From: a virus
Lineage: Duplodnaviria; Caudoviricetes
Length of the DNA stretch: 56,092 bases
Virus record (IMG/VR): IMGVR_UViG_3300027839_000010
Coordinates: 1 to 56,092 of that record
Reading direction: 5' to 3' (one strand)
The stretch's first letter is position 1; each line of letters begins with the position of its first letter. Position numbers and translations under genes: made by a program. Below are positions 18,427 to 28,027 of this stretch, in pieces. The notes under the pieces are model-generated. The model searched no databases. It was not told the DNA's origin and saw nothing but the letters and a program-made list of their open reading frames with translations.

Positions 18427-18667
18427 GTATGAGAACAAATGTGAGAACTGTAGTAAAACTATTACAGTTGGAACAGAAGTAGAGTGGGAGAAGGGTAATG
18501 GTATCCGACATATTAAGTGTCCTAAACTCCGTAACTATTCTTATAAGAAACTACTCACTCTCAAGAAGTGTCAAGAATGCAAAAGACTTTTAAGTGGAGA
18601 CACTTTTATATCTGACATGAATAGATTATGTATTGCCTGTTGGCATAAAACATTAGGAGGTAAATGA
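18407..18667 (+). CDS. double Zn-finger protein
   Basis: CENC...HIKC and CQEC...CIAC. Confidence 0.55.
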   Translation: MMRITNRYENKCENCSKTITVGTEVEWEKGNGIRHIKCPKLRNYSYKKLLTLKKCQECKRLLSGDTFISDMNRLCIACWHKTLGGK

Positions 18668-18834
18668 ATATGAAAAAATATACAAAAAGAATAAGCAATG
18701 AATGGCTACATGATAAACACACAGAAAATAATTGTGATTGTAATGGTAGAGAAACAGCAACAATGGAATCAGATGGGGCAGGAGATATGGAAATATGTCT
18801 AAAATGCTTCGGAGCAAAAGGATGTGTTTATTAA

Positions 18835-19068
18835 ATGAAATGTAATAACTATCTATGTGAAAAAGAATCACAAGGAAAGAAAGGTTATTGTTTAAGATGT
18901 TTGCATTCAACTGCGAACGTTGTAAACATATGTGAGATGTGTAGAACTACATTTAATATTACTATAGGTATTAAGAAAAAATACTGTTCTAGTAAATGTA
19001 GAGCAAGAGCATATTACATACGAAAGAAATTAGACATGGTAAAACATAGAGGTATGTTAAATGTTTGA
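18835..19068 (+). CDS. Zn-finger protein
   Basis: CEMC...KKYCSSKCR. Confidence 0.55.
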   Translation: MKCNNYLCEKESQGKKGYCLRCLHSTANVVNICEMCRTTFNITIGIKKKYCSSKCRARAYYIRKKLDMVKHRGMLNV

Positions 19069-19203
19069 CATCTTCATTGAGATAAACAAAACTCTTATAG
19101 AGATGCGTGACCTCATGGTCAAGATGGAAAAACATTTAGATGATCTTACTGTTCCACCCAATATGAAAAATTGGGCTAGAGCATTGAAAGAGGTAGAAGA
19201 AGA

Positions 19204-19416
19204 ATGAATGTTTGTCATGATAAGTGTGATAATTATCCATCACTAATTCACTTAGCACATAAGTATGTAGATGGAGAACTTGCCTATTGTAAGACTTGTT
19301 CTAAAAGATTCTACCTAGAAGATTGTAATGGCTACAGATGTTTCTGTTGTAATCAAGTAGTTAGAACTCATGCAAGATGGCGTAGTAAATACATGGAGCA
19401 TACTACAGTTGACTGA
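19204..19416 (+). CDS. Cys-rich small protein
   Basis: YCKTC...RCFCC. Confidence 0.55.
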   Translation: MNVCHDKCDNYPSLIHLAHKYVDGELAYCKTCSKRFYLEDCNGYRCFCCNQVVRTHARWRSKYMEHTTVD

Positions 19417-19666
19417 CAAATGTAAAAGACATGCATATACAGATTGGGCATTTCCATTCTTTGATTCAGTAGAAGATTATCCTAGAGAGACTTGTTCAAG
19501 ATGTGGAAAAGTAAAAGGATTGAATCTATATTATCTTGGTAGAGATAAAGATGGTAGAAGAGAATTAGCATACGACCATAGAAAACCAATATCAAGAAAG
19601 ATAAAACCTTGGAGTTATTCTTATGGTAGTGAACTGGTTTTTGACTTGAGGGATATGAATGACTGA
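19370..19666 (+). CDS. small Zn-binding protein (start uncertain)
   Basis: CKRH...CSRCG. Confidence 0.5.
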   Translation: MQDGVVNTWSILQLTDKCKRHAYTDWAFPFFDSVEDYPRETCSRCGKVKGLNLYYLGRDKDGRRELAYDHRKPISRKIKPWSYSYGSELVFDLRDMND

Positions 19667-19777
19667 TATTGATCCCTGCACAAAGTGTAAGAAGCGTAAT
19701 GGTTGGGTATGGCATTGGGGAAAGAATGATGGTAAGAGTAGTGGTTATGCAGAATGTAAAAACTGTGGAGCAGAGTT

Positions 19778-20239
19778 TTGACTGAATGCTATGATGTAGT
19801 TTGTCATAACGAGGCAAGTGGAAGCAAAGGATTTAGAGGAAAGTTATGTAGACAATGTAAGCTTAGTGGAGAGCCGTTTACATTACCATGTATAAATTGT
19901 AAGAAACCATTTACAAAGTCAACATTACATAGTACGATGCCATTGTATTGTTCTCACTACTGTAAAGACAGAGCAAATTATTTAAAGGCTAGAAATAAAA
20001 GATATGATAAAGGTTTAGTAAGACCTAACACATCTTTTAATAGTGTACTTAGTGTACTGTTAGTAAGACGTTGTAATGCTAAGATGTTATGTGAACATAC
20101 AGGATATACAAGGAAAGCGTTACCTGCTATAATAACTAGGCTAAGAATTAAAGATGGTTGGAACATTAAAATGTATCATGGCTACTATGAATTAGAAGAC
20201 GGATTATATAAGAAGTATAGATTTAAAAAAGTAGTCTAG
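19778..20239 (+). CDS. Zn-finger plus winged-HTH protein
   Basis: CINC...YCSHYC followed by LCEHTGYTRKALPAIITRLR...GYYEL. Confidence 0.6.
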   Translation: MTECYDVVCHNEASGSKGFRGKLCRQCKLSGEPFTLPCINCKKPFTKSTLHSTMPLYCSHYCKDRANYLKARNKRYDKGLVRPNTSFNSVLSVLLVRRCNAKMLCEHTGYTRKALPAIITRLRIKDGWNIKMYHGYYELEDGLYKKYRFKKVV

Positions 20240-20441
20240 GTATTATAAAGTGGTCTTGCTTCTCTTTAGTTACCTCTCCTGTTTCTTCTATACATCTGTG
20301 TAATTCTTCATGGAGTATAGTAGATATCAGTTCATAGGGGGAGTCTATTAATGCTAGGTTTATTATAACCGTACCATCATGTGACCAATACTCTCCAAAA
20401 TTACATTCAGTTTCTTGGTCAGGCTCTATTATGAAGTGCAT
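20223..20441 (-). CDS. minimal zincin-like (HExxH) protein
   Basis: GEY...GTVIINL...STILHEELH. Confidence 0.55.
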   Translation of the reverse strand: MHFIIEPDQETECNFGEYWSHDGTVIINLALIDSPYELISTILHEELHRCIEETGEVTKEKQDHFIIPRLLF

Positions 20442-20516
20442 ATATTGCTCTAGGTTATAGTATTATTAATGTTTTTGATATGTAATTGCCACCCATTACG
20501 CACGAATATAGTGTTT

Positions 20517-20906
20517 CTAAACTGAAATTCCATTGTCTTTATATACTTCCTTAAGTTCACTTATACTTAAATCGTTGTATTTATCTGCGAATAATTTTGG
20601 GCAGTCTCCATACCATATGTCTATTACCTTACAGTCATAGAACTCTAGGGTTTTCTTTTGGACAGCATCAACTCTCTGCATACCTAATCCATCATGGTGT
20701 GGATCTTGCACTCTAACAACATAGGTTTTACCTTTTAGTATATATACTATGTCAAGAGTTTCTTTCTCTTGCCTTTCAGATAATCCCCATTCCTTATCTA
20801 CCAACTTACTTAGTAGGCATTGGGTTATAAACTCTGCTTCAGGGTATAAGGACTTAAGTATACTTAGACATGTGCGTTCGCCTCTGCCTATGATCTCAGT
20901 CATCAC
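20517..20906 (-). CDS. Vsr/DUF559-like restriction-endonuclease-fold protein
   Basis: GE...L, TLDIV...VVRVQDPHH, D..QKK.LE...KVIDIW. Confidence 0.6.
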   Translation of the reverse strand: MMTEIIGRGERTCLSILKSLYPEAEFITQCLLSKLVDKEWGLSERQEKETLDIVYILKGKTYVVRVQDPHHDGLGMQRVDAVQKKTLEFYDCKVIDIWYGDCPKLFADKYNDLSISELKEVYKDNGISV

Positions 20907-21264
20907 TTACCTCTAAATCTGTACACTTATACTCCCTAAGTAAAACTTCATGAGTTCGCTCCTTGTATTTAACATTTATAACTAAGACTTTTACGCCTCT
21001 TACTTTCTTTAACCATTTAAGTATAGGTTCTTTTGATGCCCATGCGTTTGTTTTTATTTGTAAGAATGTTATTATTCCCCCCTCGTCAATGCAGATTCCA
21101 TCAAAGATATTCCACAAGTCTAAGGCTCTGTACCATGCTCCTTGACAGTAAGTTAAGTCTTGTCTACGACCATGTGCCTTTAACCAAATCTCATCATAGC
21201 CATGTTCAAGGAGATAATTTACTGCTTTCCTGTTACTCCACCTCATTCTTTGTCTTGGATTCAT
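20896..21264 (-). CDS. Holliday-junction-resolvase-like PD-(D/E)xK nuclease
   Basis: YLLEHGY...DLWNIFDGICI...FLQIKTN; ATG 21264 overlaps the upstream stop. Confidence 0.65.
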   Translation of the reverse strand: MNPRQRMRWSNRKAVNYLLEHGYDEIWLKAHGRRQDLTYCQGAWYRALDLWNIFDGICIDEGGIITFLQIKTNAWASKEPILKWLKKVRGVKVLVINVKYKERTHEVLLREYKCTDLEVSDD

Positions 21265-21362
21265 TATTGAACATACCCACATATCTCACAGATTAGTATC
21301 CTACTTGATGATTCTGTCTCTACGACATTTGCTCCACACTTCATACAGTCTTTAGTATCCAT
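21264..21362 (-). CDS. 32-aa Zn-ribbon micro-protein
   Basis: MDTKDCMKCGANVVETESSSRILICEICGYVQ; TAATG coupling. Confidence 0.55.
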   Translation of the reverse strand: MDTKDCMKCGANVVETESSSRILICEICGYVQ

Positions 21363-21377
21363 AGTTAATCATAATAA

Positions 21378-21451
21378 GTGATGGCATCAATGAAGGAAAA
21401 ATTCAAGAAACCTTTGCCCAGCTTTTCAAATGACTGAGTTCTAGCCACCAC
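21378..21451 (-). ncRNA. candidate three-way-junction RNA or structured leader
   Basis: An 8-bp closing stem GTGGTGGC/GCCATCAC encloses CTCAG/CTGGG and AAGG/CCTT hairpins. A TATA element (CTCTTAAAT) lies about 25 nt upstream. Confidence 0.35.
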
Positions 21452-21488
21452 ATATTTATACTAAGTATATTAAGTATTTAAGAGTTAT

Positions 21489-22109
21489 TCATGAACGTCT
21501 AAATCCTATATGTCCGTTTATGGTTTTTCTTTCGCCTTTAGTGACAGGTTTAACCCTGTGCCACATATTAGATGGTATTATAACTAGAGTATTTTTTTTG
21601 GGAATTATTACCAAGTCAGCTAATGGTTCAGATACATGTGTAATATCCCCATAATCTATATCATTTATAAATGATAGTTCTAATTCTCCACCTTCAAAAT
21701 CATCATTTAGATAATAAATATAATTAGCTATCCTATGTGAAGTTAGAGTTGAACCTGAATCAATATGCCATTTAAATCCTGCACCTTTTTTATATACTGT
21801 ATATTGACAGTCTGAATAAGTCGATGATGGTATAAGTTTTAATAATAATTCTATGACTGGAATTTTATTATATACCGACTCTACAAACATATTAGAATCT
21901 ATTATTCTTAATATATCAGAATTAATTAATGTTCTATCATAAAATTCATTAATATATACTCTAGAAAAAGATGCCATTGGTGTTCCGTTATTATATTCAA
22001 TACCCTCATCTTTTAAAAATGGATTTAATCTTAACAACTCTTTATCGATAAGAGATATTTTATCATTAGTTAAAAAATTATCTATTTTTATTATATCTCT
22101 TTTAATCAT
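21489..22109 (-). CDS. 2OG-Fe(II) oxygenase (prolyl-4-hydroxylase-like)
   Basis: WHID (HxD), YLNDDFEGGEL and WHRVKPVTKGERKT. Confidence 0.9.
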   Translation of the reverse strand: MIKRDIIKIDNFLTNDKISLIDKELLRLNPFLKDEGIEYNNGTPMASFSRVYINEFYDRTLINSDILRIIDSNMFVESVYNKIPVIELLLKLIPSSTYSDCQYTVYKKGAGFKWHIDSGSTLTSHRIANYIYYLNDDFEGGELELSFINDIDYGDITHVSEPLADLVIIPKKNTLVIIPSNMWHRVKPVTKGERKTINGHIGFRRS

Positions 22110-23140
22110 TCAGGAACGTCTATTCCTTTAGCGTTTAAGGAAAATTGTATGTCTTGAGTAGGATCTTCAGGACTATCAACCATTCTAGCAATTCTTTTCT
22201 TGCCTGATTTCTTAAAGTAGATTCTGTAAGTAGAAGCATGTCCTACAACATTTCCACCAATCGGCTTGATAGGATCTCCAAACATTATACTTGGATCAGT
22301 CTGCACTTGATTGGTAAACAATATCACGCATGAGAAATAGAATGTTATATTTTTTAAGTGTGTCATAAGTCTAGCAATTTGATTCTGTCTAGCGGCTAGT
22401 GTTCCTCTGCCTAGATACTCTTCACGGAACTGTCCTATCGCTCCATCAAGAACTATAAGTTTAGGTCTATCATCTAGCATTAACTTTGTCAAATTGTTGA
22501 CAGTTCCCATCAAGTTCTCAGTGTTGGGTGTGTATAAGTAAGTAATATTATCAAGTAAGTCTATTGCTGTCTCTTCATCTGGAACAAGTTCTCTTGCCAA
22601 GAGAATTTCAACAAGTCGTTTTGGTTTGAATGTATCTTCACAGTCAATCCAAATTACCTTGTCATTCTTTGCTATAGTCTCTGCTGTTAGACTGTAACAA
22701 AACTGTGTCTTACCTGATCCAAATTCTCCATAAATTTCATAGAGTGATTCAGGCTTAAGTCCACCACCAAACATTGCATCAATGTCTGGAACGTTGATCT
22801 TGAGCATTTCATAATTCTGTTGATATCTCATAAGTTCTGATACTTTCATATTTGTTTTTCTAATGTAACCTTTACTCTCTAACATTGTCTTTGCTTTGTA
22901 AACCCATTCATCTGCTTTCTCTTTAGTTGCTCCTGTTAATTGTTGAATCTCATAAGATCCTCTTACACATAAATCATAAAGTGTTGATACTCCAAATGCC
23001 ATAAGTTTCTTTTCTGTCACAGCACCAAGTCCATCTAATTGTTTTACAGAATAATCTAAAGTCTCTTCGATAGCACTTCCAACTCCTGACTGTATTGATT
23101 CTTCAACCTCTTTAAATACAGCATCAATTTCTTCAGTCAT
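22106..23140 (-). CDS. radA: DNA repair/recombination protein RadA
   Basis: N-terminal HhH domain, Walker A GEFGSGKTQ, IDCEDTFKPKRL, GRGTLAARQ, PIGGNVVGHASTYRI and RMVDSP. Confidence 0.95.
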   Translation of the reverse strand: MTEEIDAVFKEVEESIQSGVGSAIEETLDYSVKQLDGLGAVTEKKLMAFGVSTLYDLCVRGSYEIQQLTGATKEKADEWVYKAKTMLESKGYIRKTNMKVSELMRYQQNYEMLKINVPDIDAMFGGGLKPESLYEIYGEFGSGKTQFCYSLTAETIAKNDKVIWIDCEDTFKPKRLVEILLARELVPDEETAIDLLDNITYLYTPNTENLMGTVNNLTKLMLDDRPKLIVLDGAIGQFREEYLGRGTLAARQNQIARLMTHLKNITFYFSCVILFTNQVQTDPSIMFGDPIKPIGGNVVGHASTYRIYFKKSGKKRIARMVDSPEDPTQDIQFSLNAKGIDVPE

Positions 23141-23181
23141 ATATAAATAAAGAATGGGTAGAATAAAAACCTATGTGTTAA

Positions 23182-25146
23182 TCACACAGTCTTTTCCCAA
23201 CTACCATCTTTGTTCTGTTTGATCTGACATTCCTTTACCATGTTGTTCCACATCTTCTCTGCTGAACTTGCATCAAACTTTGCGTGTTCTGACAATGCGT
23301 TAATATAATCTCTATACATTAACTTCTTTTCTATCCCTGCTACATTATCCCATGTCTGTTTTGCTACATAGTCTTTTGAAGAGTTCTCTGTTATCATGTG
23401 TTGTGATGTTCCTTCCCCTTTGTCTAAGTCTATTCTAAGTGAACGATAACTTGACTTTAACAACTCGGTTACTGCCAACACATCATCTTCATCAACTTCG
23501 GACTTTAACAAAAGTTTGGCTCTTGCCATTGAAAACCTGACCAATGCTTCAAGTTGTCTCACTCCCACTGTGATTGATTCTGATGTTGATTTACTTCTCA
23601 TGTTGTTGTAGACAGAGATCAGTTTCAAATGTGTGGACTTTGACAAAGTCGGCTTCAACTGTCTTGCATAGTTCAAGTAAGCCATAAGTTTCTCTTCTGA
23701 CATACCTGTGTTTTCATATACAGTATTGTATGATGAAAGTATATGTTGTGCCTTGTTAGTATCATCTTTTGAATTAACCACATCTACCAACAACCAAATG
23801 AAATCAAACCTTGTCAAGAGTGGAGGTGGAAGATTCAAATTTTCTGCCAAGTTTCTCTCCAAGTCGTATTTTCCATAGATTGGATTGGCAGCTGCCATGA
23901 CTGAGGTCTGAGCAGGTAGTGTTAAGTTGATACCTGCCTTTGCAATAGATACTGTTTGCTGTTCCATTGCTTCATGCATTGCACTTCTATCAGATGGATT
24001 CATCTTATCAAACTCGTCTATCATTGCATGACCACCTGAACATAATGCCATTACCCCTGCCTGTGCAACCTTGCGACCGTTAGGTAATTCTACTATGCCT
24101 ATTGTTAATCCTGCGGCTGATGCTCCTCTACCTGATGTGAATATTGATTTTTGTGTAAGTCGTCTTGAGGCTTTGAGTAGTTCTGACTTTGCCATGCTTG
24201 GATCTCCTACTAGTAGTTGGTTTATGTCTCCTCTTTTTCTTGTTTTTACCCCCCCTACCAACTGCAATAGTATACTAAGTTTGATGTCTTTGTACAAATC
24301 GTCAGCGTAAATCTCTGGAGCAAATGAATCAACTAACTTGTTGATGAACTTACCGCCATCTGATGTGAGTTGTTTTTTGTAATCCTGTATCTCAGTATCA
24401 TTTGGTAGAAGTGTATCACACAAGTCCAAGTCTTCCATTGATATCAACTGTATCACAATATCATTCTCCTCATCTTTAGTCACTATTGATTTGAATATAC
24501 CTGTGACTCTTTTCTTCTGACCAACAAACACTCTTCCTATATGACTACCATATATCTTTGCTGTGAATATAACAGGGGAATTGTTTAATGCCTGTTCTAG
24601 TGGTTCCTGAATTAAAACGGTTTGAATATACTCTGTTTTAGTTCTATTCATATCAGATTCCATTAATTGTTTTTTACAAGTTGGATTAGAACAATATCCT
24701 TTTTGTATTTTTTTGTAAAAGTCTGCAACTAACTTCACTTCATTGTAGCATTTTGGACATACTACAAAAGTCTCTATTATATGAGATTTTCTTTCATCCA
24801 TGCCTATAACTTCACAAACAAATTGTATTGGACTGTTCTCATGTTTTGGAGATAGGTCATGTAACAACACACTTTCATCAACTGTAAGTTCTACAGTTAG
24901 TTTTTGAAACTCGAATGCAATATCAATTCCTGGGAATGCCTGTTGCTTTATTTTTATAATGGCATTCTTTAGTTCCTGTGCAAATATCTCACTGTTGTTA
25001 ATGAACAAGTCAACAACTCCTGACTCAGAGGCATTGAATCTGAATACACTTGTAGGTGTTAGATTGTCTATTATATCCAAATATCTTGGAGTGAATAGAT
25101 AATCTTTCAATGCATCATGTAATGCAGAATTTGTGTGAGTTACCAT
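23182..25146 (-). CDS. mcm: MCM replicative helicase
   Basis: Zn finger CPKC...CSNPTC, RGDINQLLVGDPSMAKS, IDEFDKM, HEAMEQQTVSIAKAG and LLTRFD. Confidence 0.95.
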   Translation of the reverse strand: MVTHTNSALHDALKDYLFTPRYLDIIDNLTPTSVFRFNASESGVVDLFINNSEIFAQELKNAIIKIKQQAFPGIDIAFEFQKLTVELTVDESVLLHDLSPKHENSPIQFVCEVIGMDERKSHIIETFVVCPKCYNEVKLVADFYKKIQKGYCSNPTCKKQLMESDMNRTKTEYIQTVLIQEPLEQALNNSPVIFTAKIYGSHIGRVFVGQKKRVTGIFKSIVTKDEENDIVIQLISMEDLDLCDTLLPNDTEIQDYKKQLTSDGGKFINKLVDSFAPEIYADDLYKDIKLSILLQLVGGVKTRKRGDINQLLVGDPSMAKSELLKASRRLTQKSIFTSGRGASAAGLTIGIVELPNGRKVAQAGVMALCSGGHAMIDEFDKMNPSDRSAMHEAMEQQTVSIAKAGINLTLPAQTSVMAAANPIYGKYDLERNLAENLNLPPPLLTRFDFIWLLVDVVNSKDDTNKAQHILSSYNTVYENTGMSEEKLMAYLNYARQLKPTLSKSTHLKLISVYNNMRSKSTSESITVGVRQLEALVRFSMARAKLLLKSEVDEDDVLAVTELLKSSYRSLRIDLDKGEGTSQHMITENSSKDYVAKQTWDNVAGIEKKLMYRDYINALSEHAKFDASSAEKMWNNMVKECQIKQNKDGSWEKTV

Positions 25147-25481
25147 TGTAAGTAAGTCTCCACTTTCTTACTAATCATGTTTGCAATCTGTGCATTTCTA
25201 CTTTGAAGTTTTTTAAGTTCTTCAGGATTCAAAGATTCTATGTATTTTATCCACACGTTAATCTCTGAATAGAACTGTGGCATTAATACCATATTCTCGT
25301 TAGTGAACTCATCTATCTTCATTGCCCCTTCTGCATGGTTACTAACGTATTCGTTTGCGGCTTGACCTAACATACCACTAAAAGAAACGTGGTTAGGTCT
25401 TAATTTATCAAGTTTCTGAAAATACTCTCTTGTACTTTTTGAGACTGATACTGATATTATTGTTCTGTCAAATTTACTCAT
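25140..25481 (-). CDS. ribbon-helix-helix-like DNA-binding protein
   Basis: N-terminal strand TIISVSVS followed by helices (SFSGMLGQAANEY); coupled to mcm. Confidence 0.55.
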   Translation of the reverse strand: MSKFDRTIISVSVSKSTREYFQKLDKLRPNHVSFSGMLGQAANEYVSNHAEGAMKIDEFTNENMVLMPQFYSEINVWIKYIESLNPEELKKLQSRNAQIANMISKKVETYLQW

Positions 25482-25604
25482 GATGTTTTATTTCAAACCA
25501 TGTACTTAAAGCTTATTGAAACTTGTATAGCTTATATAACATTACTTGTATAAGTTTAGTTTAATGGAAACACTTTGCGGACTTTGATAAAAAATGAAAA
25601 AAAA

Positions 25605-25826
25605 TTATCCTTTGTCTGGATAAGTTCTCTTTGGTTTTGCATCACTTGGTAAAACATGACTTTGTTGATAAACACCTAAAATTCTTTTGAATAATGCTGA
25701 ATCACTTTCATTCATTACTCCATTCTTTGTGTCTTTGATTGCTTGTGCATATTTTCTGAATAATTCTTTATCTTCCCATCGTATGCTTATTGTTGTATGT
25801 GTGTTTGATTGCTTTCTCCCCACCAT
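25605..25826 (-). CDS. ribbon-helix-helix-like DNA-binding protein
   Basis: HTTISIRWEDKELF...ESDSALFKRIL. Confidence 0.55.
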   Translation of the reverse strand: MVGRKQSNTHTTISIRWEDKELFRKYAQAIKDTKNGVMNESDSALFKRILGVYQQSHVLPSDAKPKRTYPDKG

Positions 25827-25912
25827 GAAGATAGGTATATATGGTAGAATATAAAAGTTGTTGTAATATGTTTTTGGATCATGTTTATATATTTGTAATA
25901 TGATTTAATGTC

Positions 25913-26290
25913 ATGACAATCAAAGCAAAATTTGCAGGAACATGTAAGTTGTGTGGAGAGGAATGGTCGAAAGACTTTGACATCCACTACAGCAGAGAGC
26001 CAAGAGCAATCTGTATCAACGAAAAATGTTTCAACACACAAAAAGGAAATGCACCACAATCAAGCAGTGGGTATCAACGAAACCAAAGTATAGTAACTAT
26101 CAAACCTGAAGTTAAAGTATCAACTGCTGTCAAACATTGTGAACCATTACTTAAAATGTCTATAGCAAAAGCACATGATATGACCGTAGAGTTGTACCCA
26201 GAGCTTGACGTTAACAGTCACACCTTTGGACAAATCAGAAGTAAGTTTACAGACCAAGTATTATCTATATACTTTTTCGAAAACTCTTAA
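25913..26290 (+). CDS. hypothetical protein with an N-terminal Zn domain
   Basis: AKFAGTCKLCG...C...C; TTTATATA upstream. Confidence 0.65.
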   Translation: MTIKAKFAGTCKLCGEEWSKDFDIHYSREPRAICINEKCFNTQKGNAPQSSSGYQRNQSIVTIKPEVKVSTAVKHCEPLLKMSIAKAHDMTVELYPELDVNSHTFGQIRSKFTDQVLSIYFFENS

Positions 26291-26317
26291 GTATATCATT
26301 ACTTTTATTTTTTTATT

Positions 26318-26674
26318 ATGAAAACTTGTAACAGATGTGGAACACAAAATCTTGAATGGGATATGCATTATCATGAAGTAACTGGTAAGTGGAAATTACT
26401 AGAACATAAATCATCTAAAGGAAAAGTATGTGGAAGGGTAAAACAAGAAGTGTTTTCAAAGACTTCTAAAAAAGATATTATTAAATGTCCTCTTTGTATA
26501 GATAGTTCTTTTGGATGGTGTAATAATACAGAGATGTTTGAAATACATCTGGATCAATTTCATCCTAAAGGAGAAATGTTAACAGATTTAGATTATGTAG
26601 TTGAACATCAATCAGAGTATACAACCAAAAAATTCTGGAAACATGATAAAAATTATAGTCGGTATGTCGATTAG
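26318..26674 (+). CDS. Zn-finger protein (CxxC plus C2H2-like)
   Basis: CNRCG...H...C and CPLC...HLDQFH. Confidence 0.6.
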   Translation: MKTCNRCGTQNLEWDMHYHEVTGKWKLLEHKSSKGKVCGRVKQEVFSKTSKKDIIKCPLCIDSSFGWCNNTEMFEIHLDQFHPKGEMLTDLDYVVEHQSEYTTKKFWKHDKNYSRYVD

Positions 26675-26711
26675 TATACAGGTTTATATGCTAGTATAGT
26701 GTGATTATTCC

Positions 26712-27512
26712 ATGTTCAGCAAAAAAGTAACTATTCAGTTACAAAAACAAGATGACATAATTCATCTTGAGCCGTTAAGCGATATTCATGTAGGTCATGC
26801 AGGTTTTGATGAAGCACTCTACAAGAGTAGAATTAAAGCTATAACGAGAGATAATAATAGATACACCTTATTTATGGGAGACCAGTTAGATGCAATATCA
26901 GTATATGATAAAAGATTCAATCCTGATATGTCAATAGAACATGATATTGATAACCAAAGAAAGACTTGGCAAACACTAACACAGCCTTTAATAAACAAAC
27001 ATAAAGATACAGATAATGAAAAAGTTTGGGGGTTGCTACATGGGAACCACGAATACAAAATTCCTGCAATTACTAGAGCCTATATAGAGAATCATTTTTG
27101 TGAACCAAACGACTTTACATTTTTAGGAAGTCGTGCAATGATAGGATTAGAGATAAAATATAAGAAACAAATTTTACAGCAGTTAACCATACTAGCAATA
27201 CACGGTAGTGGTGGTGGCAAACCTGAAAGAATGTTTGATCAAATGAAGAAGAACAACTATGCAGATATTTTCATCTGTGGTCACTTGCATCAAAAAAGAT
27301 ACCAACCTGAAGTAGCAAACGACTTTGATTTTGAAACAGGTCTAAGATGGGAGAGAGATATTCATCTTATCAATGGTGGTACATTCTGTCATACAGTAGT
27401 AGAGAACACTGATGGATACATGGATAGAAAGAATGAGATAGTATATTCACATCCTGGAACAGCAACATTAAGCATAAACGCTTATCAGGGGAAAATAGTT
27501 GGTCATATCTAA
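26712..27512 (+). CDS. calcineurin-like metallophosphoesterase
   Basis: SDIHVG, GDQLD, GNHE, IHG and GHLH motifs. Confidence 0.9.
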   Translation: MFSKKVTIQLQKQDDIIHLEPLSDIHVGHAGFDEALYKSRIKAITRDNNRYTLFMGDQLDAISVYDKRFNPDMSIEHDIDNQRKTWQTLTQPLINKHKDTDNEKVWGLLHGNHEYKIPAITRAYIENHFCEPNDFTFLGSRAMIGLEIKYKKQILQQLTILAIHGSGGGKPERMFDQMKKNNYADIFICGHLHQKRYQPEVANDFDFETGLRWERDIHLINGGTFCHTVVENTDGYMDRKNEIVYSHPGTATLSINAYQGKIVGHI

Positions 27513-27774
27513 ACCGATTAGGGTGGGTAAAACACTTGTATCTTACAAGGAACCTGATCCAATACCAAAGAGATTGAACATAAAGGATAAGATTATGATA
27601 TTTATAAATAAAGAAAAGAAACCTATTTTACTCAATGATTTCATACCATCAAAATTAAATCACTGTACTTCAAGACGACCTGTTGAAAGAGCATTTGAAG
27701 AATTAAGCGAACAAGGATTATTGAAAAGAGAGAAATGTATATGTAACTGTTCTTATATATACCGTCTAGTTTGA
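27499..27774 (+). CDS. winged-helix DNA-binding protein
   Basis: SRRPVERAFEELSEQGLLKRE...YIYRL. Confidence 0.6.
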   Translation: MVISKPIRVGKTLVSYKEPDPIPKRLNIKDKIMIFINKEKKPILLNDFIPSKLNHCTSRRPVERAFEELSEQGLLKREKCICNCSYIYRLV

Positions 27775-27849
27775 TATTTAACTATTAGCTTTATATGAAT
27801 CATATATTCAATTAACTTTATATTTACTAATTACATAGAAGTTGTTACT

Positions 27850-27978
27850 TTGTTTATAGAATTATACATAGAAGGACTGGAGAAACCTCATTTAGTTGAG
27901 ATTTCAAAAGCAGGTAGATTTAGTCAAGAATTAGAAAAGGCAGGAAAGAAATTTAGACTCGGAAAAACTATTAATTAA
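27850..27978 (+). CDS. 42-aa hypothetical micro-protein
   Basis: TTG-started open frame after a CTTTATAT element. Confidence 0.35.
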   Translation: MFIELYIEGLEKPHLVEISKAGRFSQELEKAGKKFRLGKTIN

Positions 27979-28027
27979 TATCCCATTTTTCATAAAGCTT
28001 TATTATATACATCTACAAACACCATAT

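Noticed and set aside
21378-21451. tRNA gene (74 nt with a terminal stem)
   Set aside because: It has only two internal arms, no TTCRA T-loop and no proper anticodon arm; kept as an unclassified RNA candidate.
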